64,000 bases of DNA, from positions 531,911 to 595,910 of the forward strand of contig NW_005434660.1 in NCBI RefSeq assembly GCF_000315625.1, given 5' to 3'. The notes under the pieces are model-generated. The model saw only the letters and a program-made list of their open reading frames with translations, was not told the DNA's origin and made no database searches. The stretch is from Guillardia theta CCMP2712 (taxonomy: Eukaryota; Protista; Cryptophyta). Numbering within the stretch: position 1 is the stretch's first letter; the number at the start of each line of letters is the position of its first letter. Shown one piece after another: positions 1 through 9,393 of this stretch. Both the position numbers and the translations under genes were made by a program.

Positions 1-29
1 GTGCCGCACGTTGTCAATCGTTGAACTTC

Positions 30-2977
30 AAATGTTATGAAAACAGGTCAGACCACTGGCAGTCTGCCGGGCCTCCTCGTCACCGTGACGACGGGGCGCT
101 ATGGCGGGGAATCTAGGGGGTGCTGCATGCCATGGCAGGTTGTCACGAGAAAATTCAAATCAAAGTTTTGGCGGGCAAAGCTAAGTTGCCCCACACCATG
201 GGCAGGCCCAGGCCTCCAGCCAAAAAAACATGCTCATCATGTCACAGACGAAGAGAGATGACCAGCATTCGAAAGTGGCATGGTGTGCCTTTGTGCACAA
301 CTTGTGTTGCAAGGTTAAAAAACCACAAGTATTGCAATGATCTTAAGCAGATCTTGCTCTCTAAATGGGATGATGCCTTGGTTTTCAAGCTGTTGGATTT
401 CTTGCAATGTCGTTGCGAATTGTCCTGAGCAAACCGCACGACCGTGAAGCTTTCAATGCACGGGATGGATCTGATAATGATGTTGAGCCAGAAAATAGCA
501 CGCAGAAGAACAAACGAAAGCGAGTTTAGGCTAAATCAGGGCAATGGCATGAAGGATTATCAGGTAATATGCAACGGTTCCGGGGATTGCGCAGCGTTGC
601 TGGTTGCAAGTCGAAAAAAGAGAAAACGTGTTGTTAAAAATATCGAATACTGCAACGATGACATTCGAATGATTGACACCATGATGAAGATCTCACAAAT
701 CCCTGATAGGCTCTGGTGGTTTCACGATTGTCATCATTGCACAGGCTGAGTTAACCATCCTTATTACCTGGTCGCCGCCTTGATGGGCTCCACCCTACCC
801 CTTTCGAACAGTTTCATACATTCCTTTAAATCTTGAAAACTACAGATCTAATCTTTAAATGTTCCAAGGAAAAAGTATTAGTATCTTTTAAAGTTGTCCT
901 CCGACAGCGTAGGACCCTCTATTCTACTATTTATCGAGCTTGCCTCAGCAAAGCCGGTGCCATGGCGATTTCCTGAAAAAAAAAATACTACCCCACCCCC
1001 ACCAAATAAAGCTGTACCCCTGATATGTAAGGGAAACAAACCGGTACTAGAAGCTTTTAAGAGCTTAATTGCGATTTCCCACCCCTGAGGCACTGCACCC
1101 CCAACCCCTGTTCCTAGGCCTGAAAGTACCGTACCCAAAACTAACCCCAGCGACAATGAACAAGAACATGGCAAACACAGCGAAGAAGGAGGAGGTGCAG
1201 CTGTTCGAGGAATTCATCGCACAAGACCTTCTGGATAACCAAGACGAGATCGTCAACGTTCCAATCTCCTCCTTGCTCTCACGCTCTCACACCATTCATT
1301 GCTGTAAATATGTACATGATCTCTGCTACCTCGAAGAATAAATACACACTTAAAATCTCCTCCGGAGTCTCCTCCGTCACGCCTCCATCCCCTCCTTGCT
1401 AAATCCTTTCGCCCCATGTATCCTCTTTCACGCAATGCCTCCAATAGCACTCTCCTGCCCCAATCCCACTCGGGCTCTCGCACCTACTCAACTACTTGCT
1501 CCCACGCCGACTTTCCTGCGCATCCCTGCGCATACGAAAGCATCTCCATCAAGCAAGCCAGCATTCGTTCATCACACTCAGACAATGTCAAAGTAGACAA
1601 ATGATCAACACAATCCTTCAGCTTCGCACTCCTCCTTGCACTCAAAACGTTGGTACATGTTCCCAACATTTACTCCCATCGACTGCATCTCATCGCTCCC
1701 TACCGCATGCAAAATGTAGAATGTCACATGCAAACTGGATCAAACATCAAGTAAACCTACTTCCCTAATCGTTCTATCCCCAACCTCCATCTTCCCTGTC
1801 CCCACCATGCATGCAAACGAAGTTGTCCAAGTTACACCCTCCTCACCTTCGTATCCCAAGTAGTCATGTTCCAACGCTGTCAGTCCTTGTCTCTCTCCAT
1901 CCTCTTTCTACGTCGCTGTGTCCATGCAATACACTACACAAATGAAGCATTCCTGTCTACAAAAAATCTTGCAGGCCTTCTATTCCCTCCACTGCCACCA
2001 ACTCGCCTTCCTCCACACACCAACACTGTCACGCCCCCTCATACCTCGTCCCCCTACATGCCATGGGCATTCAGCCTTTCCTTCTAGCTCTCAACACCAG
2101 TCTGCTGCATCTGCTCGTTCATCCCTTCACAATCTACCGCAAGCAAGTACAATCCTCTCGATCCTGCCTGCCCAACTTCTGCAGCTTCCAACGCCTCATA
2201 CGATCCCCTTTTCCCTGACCTCTCGCTACTTCGCTCCGTATCCTTTCCCGTCTCATCACAAACAAACAAACAAAACACTCCTGCATTGCTGCCTCCTCCT
2301 CACTCCATCATCACCGATCCTCCTCACCCCGACACCACCCCGTGCCCTCACACCCAAGCATGCTTCATCCCCCCTCATTCGCATTCCAGTCTCCCCTACC
2401 GCCCTTGTCCTCGCTGCCTAGGCCCCGTAGCTACCCAGACATACCGCATGCTCTCTCACCACCACCAAACCACACCAAACCCTCCTCACCCTCCAAAGCA
2501 ACCGACAATGCACCAGCCTCTCTCTTGTCCTACCTCCCTGTTTTGTATCACTCGCGTGCCCCTCCTCCTTCTCGCCCCTCTCCTCTATTCTCTGATCCTA
2601 CACTGCTACCATCCTGCCATCAAAGTCTATCAAAACATAAGGCAGGGTAGACAGCTACAGGCTTCCTGCTCTACTCGAATGCTTGCACTCTTACTTGCTT
2701 GGGCCGCTTCCTTTCAGCCAAACACGCTGCCTTGCAGCGGCCCCTTTCCGCCACACCTCTGCACACCTCGTTCCGCCCACAACCTCAGCATACCCCATCA
2801 AACCTGTCGCTACAGCAGGTGCAGAACCAAAACAGTTTCCCTTCTCCTCAAGCATTTCGAGTCTCAGACACAGCAAAGGGCGAAGCTAGACAGGGAGAGG
2901 AGACGGTGGAGGCAGCATCAAGCACAGAAGAACACACGAGAGCCATGAGAACAACCGCATGCGAACACAACAGCCCT
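30..2977. repeat. Left arm of a ~5.6-kb inverted repeat (palindrome)
   Basis: Reverse complement matches 3366-5651 with scattered SNPs and indels. The ORF track shows mirrored ORFs (120..428+ vs 5248..5556-; 1069..1341+ vs 4508..4783-; 2286..2948+ vs 3416..4213-). Confidence 0.95.
198..428 (+). CDS. Small GATA-type (C-x2-C-x17-C-x2-C) zinc-finger-like ORF, left-arm copy
   Basis: MGRPRPPAKKTCSSCHRRREMTSIRKWHGVPLCTTCVARLK has GATA-type cysteine spacing with W.G.PLC and a basic tail. The frame is intact in both arms. Expression is unknown. Confidence 0.4.
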   Translation: MGRPRPPAKKTCSSCHRRREMTSIRKWHGVPLCTTCVARLKNHKYCNDLKQILLSKWDDALVFKLLDFLQCRCELS

Positions 2978-4095
2978 CCTTGTCGCTTCTTCCTGCTTTT
3001 GTCCTATCCTCAATCGCACTCGCAGACGCTCAGCCGCGATCTTGCAGTTGAACTACGCCTTACTATGCCGTCAAACACTATCGATTTTATAAGTTAGGCA
3101 ATAAGTTCAAACCCCAACCCTCGGTAGTCTCACATGCGCCGAAAACGATTCCGCCGTGAACTTCTGGACCCCAAAAATAATAATTGTTGAGCCACAGGGG
3201 TTGAAATCCATGGGTAGACCAAATCGATTCATATGTACCGGTACATTTTACTGTAATTTGACCGGTGTTGTCATAACCCACCCCAACTTTGGCCAAGAAA
3301 TCGCTGAAAAAGCGGTGCCGCTGATCAGCTGCTCACGGAAGAGAAGAGAAGCAGGGATAGACATTAGGGCTGTTGTGTTCGCATGCGGTTGTTCTCATGG
3401 CTCTCATGGGTTCTTCTATGCTTGATGCTGCCTCAACCGTCTCCTCTCCCTGTCTAGCTTCGCCCTTTGCTGTGTCTGAGACTCGAAATGCTTGAGGAGA
3501 AGGGAAACTGTTTTGGTTCTGCACCTACTGTAGCGACAGGTTTGACGGGGTATGCTGAGGTTGTGGGCGGAACGAGGTGTGCAGAGGTGTGGCGGAAAGG
3601 GGCCGCTGCAAGGCAGCGTGTTTGGCTGAAAGGAAGCGGCCCAAGCAAGTAAGAGTGCAAGCATTCGAGTAGAGCAGGAAGCCTGTAGCTGTCTACCCTG
3701 CCTTATGTTTTGATAGACTTTGATGGCAGGATGGTAGCAGTGTAGGATCAGAGAATAGAGGAGAGGGGCGAGAAGGAGGAGGGGCACGCGAGTGATACAA
3801 AACAGGGAGGTAGGACAAGAGAGAGGCTGGTGCATTGTCGGTTGCTTTGGAGGGTGAGGAGGGTTTGGTGTGGTTTGGTGGTGGTGAGAGAGCATGCGGT
3901 ATGTCTGGGTAGCTACGGGGCCTAGGCAGCGAGGACAAGGGCGGTAGGGGAGACTGGAATGCGAATGAGGGGGGATGAAGCATGCTTGGGTGTGAGGGCA
4001 CGGGGTGGTGTCGGGGTGAGGAGGATCGGTGATGATGGAGTGAGGAGGAGGCAGCAATGCAGGAGTGTTTTGTTTGTTTGTTTGTGATGAGACGG

Positions 4096-4195
4096 NNNNN
4101 NNNNNNNNNNNNNNNNNNNNNNNNNNNNNNNNNNNNNNNNNNNNNNNNNNNNNNNNNNNNNNNNNNNNNNNNNNNNNNNNNNNNNNNNNNNNNNN
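4096..4195. other. Assembly gap (100 N)
   Basis: Run of N. Confidence 1.
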
Positions 4196-5247
4196 CCAAC
4201 GTTTTGAGTGCAAGGAGGAGTGCGAAGCTGAAGGATTGTGTTGATCATTTGTCTACTTTGACATTGTCTGAGTGTGATGAACGAATGCTGGCTTGCTTGA
4301 TGGAGATGCTTTCGTATGCGCAGGGATGCGCAGGAAAGTCGGCGTGGGAGCAAGTAGTTGAGTAGGTGCGAGAGCCCGAGTGGGATTGGGGCAGGAGAGT
4401 GCTATTGGAGGCATTGCGTGAAAGAGGATACATGGGGCGAAAGGATTTAGCAAGGAGGGGATGGAGGCGTGACGGAGGAGACTCCGGAGGAGATTTTAAG
4501 TGTGTATTTATTCTTCGAGGTAGCAGAGATCATGTACATATTTACAGCAATGAATGGTGTGAGAGCGTGAGAGCAAGGAGGAGATTGGGACGTTGACGAT
4601 CTCGTCTTGGTTATCCAGAAGGTCTTGTGCGATGAATTCCTCGAACAGCTGCACCTCCTCCTTCTTCGCTGTGTTTGCCATGTTCTTGTTCATTGTCGCT
4701 GGGGTTAGTTTTGGGTACGGTACTTTCAGGCCTAGGAACAGGGGTTGGGGGTGCAGTGCCTCAGGGGTGGGTGGAAATCGCAATTAAGCTCTTAAAAGCT
4801 TCTAGTACCGGTTTGTTTCCCTTACATATCAGGGGTACAGCTTTATTTGGTGGGGGTGGGGTAGTGGTTTTTTTCAGGAAATCGCCATGGCAGCAAGGGC
4901 GGCGACCAGGTTTAAGGGTGATTAACTCAGCCTGTGCAATGATGACAATCGTGAAACCACCAGAGCCTATCAGGGATTTGTGAGATCTTCATCATGGTGT
5001 CAATCATTCGAATGTCATCGTTGCAGTATTCGATATTTTAACAACACGTTTTCTCTTTTTTCGACTTGCAACCAGCAACGCTACGCAATCCCCGGAACCG
5101 TTGCATATTACCTGATAATCCTTTCATCCCATTGCCCTGATTTAGCCTAAACTCGCTTTCGTTTGTTCTTCTGCGTGCTATTTTCTGGCTCAACATCATT
5201 ATCAGATCCATCCCGTGCATTGAAAGCTTCACGGTCGTGCGGTTTGC

Positions 5248-5478
5248 TCAGGACAATTCGCAACGACATTGCAAGAAATCCAACAGCTTGAAAACCAAGG
5301 CATCATCCCATTTAGAGAGCAAGATCTGCTTAAGATTATTGCAATACTTGTGGTTTTTTAACCTTGCAACACAAGTTGTGCACAAAGGCACACCATGCCA
5401 CTTTCGAATGCTGGTCATCTCTCTTCGTCTGTGGCATGATGAGCATGTTTTTTTGGCTGGAGGCCTGGGCCTGCCCAT
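5248..5478 (-). CDS. Small GATA-type zinc-finger-like ORF, right-arm copy
   Basis: Same peptide as 198-428 with one D>N change (YCNDLK vs YCNNLK). A possible upstream exon lies at about 5640-5771. Confidence 0.4.
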   Translation of the reverse strand: MGRPRPPAKKTCSSCHRRREMTSIRKWHGVPLCTTCVARLKNHKYCNNLKQILLSKWDDALVFKLLDFLQCRCELS

Positions 5479-5843
5479 GGTGTGGGGCAACTTAGCTTTG
5501 CCCGCCAAAACTTTGATTTGAATTTTCTCGTGACAACCTGCCATGGCATGCAGCACCCCCTAGATTCCCCGCCATAGCGCCCCGTCGTCACGGTGACGAG
5601 GAGGTCCGGCAGACTCAGGCTGCCAGTGGTCTGACCTACTTTCATAACATTGACGATCTCGTCTTGGTTATCGAGATGGTCTTGTGCGATGAATTCCTCG
5701 AACAGCGGCTGCACCTCCTCCTCCAGTCCCTCGCCGCCGCCGTGTGTCCCAGGCTGCCGCTGCTTGGCCATCAGCCTGGCATGGTCTACTGAGTACTGTA
5801 GAACTTCGGAATACTATAGGGGAAGGGCCCCATATCCTCACTC

Positions 5844-5911
5844 GTACTAGCCTTGTTTCCATGAGCCGCCGGCAAGTGTACTAGCCTTGTTTCCATGAGC
5901 CGCCGGCAAGT
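5844..5911. repeat. Perfect 34-bp tandem duplication
   Basis: gtactagccttgtttccatgagccgccggcaagt x2. Confidence 0.95.
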
Positions 5912-6450
5912 CACACTGCCGGCCGGGCCGGGCGCGGCTTACGGACGGTAGTACAGCTAACTTAACCGTGTCCGATCAGTGTGGGCCCTAGTACAGCTAA
6001 CCGTTGAACCGTGTCAGTCACAGTGTGGCGTGGGCCGGGCCGGGCCGGCCGGGCCCGCGCGCCGCCGTCATCGTCCGACTCAGGCAGCCGCTGATCCCGG
6101 TCCCGGGAATGGGTTTCCGAACTTCAAGTGACTCAGTGAAGTTGACTGTAGCAAGCTCACGGCGGCGGGCCGGCGGCGGCTGGAGTCACGGTCACAGGCC
6201 GCTGGGATCGGACCGTACCGGCCGGGCGGGCCGGGCCCGGCCGGCGGCGCACTGATCCGGCCGCGCGGGCCGGGGCACGGGCCCCGGCGGTCGCAAAACG
6301 TCCGAGCCAGGTTACCGTACTTAACTTTCAGTGCTCGGAGGAGCCAGCCGCTGACAGTGAGTCACTCAGCCCGGCCCGGCCTCGGCTCACCGCTGGACCG
6401 CGCCCGGGCCGGGCCTCGGTCCCCTCGGAGTCCCGAGTCCACTGGCGCAT
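5900..6450. promoter_or_regulatory. CCGG/GGCC-rich intergenic island
   Basis: Very high GC with dense ccgg/ggcc, gagtc/gactc words and ttccgaacttc. No credible coding frame. It ends at the 31-bp element and lies upstream of the gene at 6832. Confidence 0.5.
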
Positions 6451-6481
6451 CTTTACTCAAAGTTAAGTTAAAGATCAGTAC
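6451..6481 (+). repeat. Dispersed 31-bp element, copy 1 (CTTTACTCAAAGTTAAGTTAAAGATCAGTAC)
   Basis: Identical to 57296-57326 and differs by one base from 31846-31876. Confidence 0.95.
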
Positions 6482-6831
6482 CCGGTTGCGCAGCATCAGT
6501 CCCGGGAAGTTTGTTGGTACACAATATGTAACAGGGTAGGGTGGTGTGGGTGGGGTAGGATGGTATTCACAGGGTAGGGTGATATGTGGAGGGTGTGGAG
6601 GCCTTGACAAATGTGGTACAGGTAGGGTAGGGGTAGTTGAATTCGACTGTTGAGTTCGCAATGTAAAGAAGGGGTAGGGTGGGAGGAGGTGGCTTGGAGC
6701 CGCCCATGGCCCAACTGCGCCTGCCTGTGCTGGCGGTGCCGAATAGAATTGGGGAAGGAGGAGGAGGAGGAGGAGGAGGAGGAGGAGGAGGAGGAGGAGG
6801 AGGGAGTGGTTTTCACACGGAAAGACAAGTG

Positions 6832-8174
6832 ATGAGAAAGAATGGAAGGGGGAAAGAATGGTGGACCAAACCTGAGGACTCTGCGTACGTGCCGTTAACC
6901 AGCAGGCGCGACGCGCCCGAGCGATCAGTCTATGCATTGAGCTTCCAAGATCAGCTGAAGGGCAGATACAACTTTCAACATGAAGCAGTTCCTCGATATG
7001 GGCAGAATACGGCGTTCAAAACAAGTGAAGATCTAGAGAAGGCGATCAAGCCTACCAGTGAACAACGCTCGCACTTTCGAGGGGACACGGACAGATATGT
7101 CACAAGCTATGGATACGACAGTAGATACATCAATGCACAGGCACAGGCATGAACCATTCTCGCTGCTGAAGCTAAGTTCTGGATCATAACATTCACTTGC
7201 AGGGCGGGGATGTCTACCAAGACAGCGCGAAGGACAACAGTATTTTCCTGTCTAGGCAGCAAATCAGGCAGGACAGAGTAAGGAGGAACCAGGAGCGCGT
7301 CCTCAAGGTCTGTATTGCTCACATTGGTAAACCCTTCATGATCTTTTTTGCGCTTCAGGAGTACGAAATGAAAGAGGCTTTGGATCATGCAAGAAAGGAG
7401 CAGAAATTATTGAAAATAGTTGCCAACCGAGACTACTTTGAGTCGTCAAGTCAGGTATGCATACTCACTCTCTCATGTGCATGACTGAAAATTGCTGTCT
7501 CCAGGACTTGCACGCGTACAACCAAGATCCCAAGAAAAGGAGCACCTACGAAAAGATCAAATTTCACATCAGCCCTCATATCGAGCAGCAACGCTTAGCT
7601 CGGAGGCAGCAAGATAGTTTTGAACGAGAGCAAAGAGTTCGAATGGTAAGAAGGATACTTTTTTGTTTCATCTTGTGTTTGGTTTCAAGTGTGGTGTTGC
7701 TAACATTCACGCTACAGTCCGAAGAGAAGAAATGGGAGGAGGAATATTTTCGAACTGACGTTCATCAGAAACGGGTTGAAAGATACCACGAGTTTGCTAA
7801 CAATGTGAGGGAACTTTATTGGCATGCTGCAATTTTGCTAAATTTTAGCTTGCATTGCAGCTTGAAGAAAAGAGAATGGCAGAAGCTTCGAGGAGGATTG
7901 AGGTGGTGAACAAACAGAACGCGCGATATACGGATTTTGCCGAGAGGGTGGGTCCATGAAATGGTTGCTGGCTCTCTTGGCTTCTGAACTCGAACTAGCT
8001 TCGCAGTAAGGAGGCAGAAGATGACGCGATCCGACTTCAAAAGCTACAAAGACACAAAGTGCGATACGATCGATTCATCGAGCAGGTTGACTGTTACGCT
8101 TGCCAGTGTGACATTTGCCACGGCCACTGACCCCTGCTGTTCATCAGGAGTCAAAGTTTCGAGAACGATTTTGA
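6832..8174 (+). CDS. Multi-exon hypothetical coiled-coil protein (E/R/Q-rich)
   Basis: Successive + ORF segments joined by short GT-AG introns (MRKNGRGKEWW...FQDQLKGRYNFQ...EYEMKEALDHARKEQ...ESKFRERF*). Confidence 0.65.
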
Positions 8175-8435
8175 AATGTGTTTGAGCTCTACTCTGATCC
8201 TGTCAACTTTACTTCCTCTTAAGATTTGCTTATGTTGCATCCATGTACGATTGAGTCAAATGTTATCATACGGTCCTTGTGTAACCTGGACGATTTCGAT
8301 AATTGTTAACAAGATTTAAAGTTCTTGACATAAAGAATGATTTAGATTTTCATTCAAATGTGTGTTTTCAACTATTACATTTACAGCTGCGCAATTTACA
8401 ACAGACGATGAGCCCCTGAGCTTTAAACAGCCTCT

Positions 8436-8974
8436 TCACCTCGATTGATTGGACAGCTCCCGATGCGACGCTTGCTCGGAGCTATTCGCAGGCGCCTCAG
8501 TGTCGTCAGAGTCGGCAAGGTACTTGATTTCCGGGTAGACAAACGAGTCCTTGCGGCAAAACTCATCCAGCAAGGAAATCATGCCGGACCTCCAGGCCTT
8601 GGCATCGAACTTCTGCATTTTGGTTTTACACTCCCTTTCAAGGCACTGCGGAGCAGTCAGATGGCCGCGAGACTGCTGGTGAGCGAGCACGAGAGAGCAA
8701 GCACCTTGAAGAAAGCTTGAGAGGTCAGGTTGCCATCGACAATCTCGGACAGCACGTCGAGGATCTCATCTTGGAGCTGCTCATCCCTCGCCACCTCATC
8801 TGCAAGGGCGGGAAGGGCCTCGGCCAGCAGCGCATTCAACGCCTTCCGTTGAACCTCAGATGTGCCTTTTGGGAACGGAGAGGATTGCGACAATGGCAGC
8901 TTTCGTTGCTGCAAGGAGACGACCCGTTCCCATACTTGCCGACGTCGACCTTCAAGGCCAGCTGCGTTGCTCAT
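8436..8974 (-). CDS. Two-exon hypothetical helical protein (weak TAFH/RST-like pattern)
   Basis: ORFs 8657..8974 and 8436..8690 join through an intron gtgctt...ccgcag, giving LLAEALPAL...EILDVLSEIVDGNLTSQAFFK|CLERECK. Confidence 0.55.
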
Positions 8975-9393
8975 GGCTGCAAGCGCGAGAAGCTAACACA
9001 GCAACAATCTCATCTTCTCCTCCTCTCAACCCTCACTACAGCTGCTTTCCCTTCTCCTCTCCTCTCCTCTCCTCTCCTCTCTCAATCTGTTCTCCTCATT
9101 CGCCTCTCTCAAGCGCAAACAAGCCTTCCTGTCGCCGCAGCCATTTCGCCCTCTAGTTACAAGCCTTGTACCCTACCCCGACTGACCGGTCAGTCTTCGA
9201 GATGTACCCCCTCATTAGTAACCTCACCATGTTCACAGCCAACCCCTACCCTATAAATTCATTATGTGCTGCTATCAAAGTCCCCATTCAAACAGTACCC
9301 CAACCCATCCAAGTTCATTACCCCACCTCGTTTCTCTGACCCACCCACCAACACCAAGTCACTCTAGCTAGGGTGGTGAGGGCGACGGCGGGA

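Larger units (their letters stand above)
3366..5651. repeat. Right arm of the palindrome (contains an assembly gap)
   Basis: Reverse complement of 30-2977. It lacks the ~175-bp segment 783-957, and the counterpart of about 1651-2246 is replaced by Ns. Confidence 0.95.

Noticed and set aside
1340-2977. Pro/Ser/His-rich ORFs in the palindrome arms (for example 2286..2948)
   Set aside because: They arise from C/T-skewed low-complexity sequence with overlapping ORFs in all frames and have no recognisable domain.
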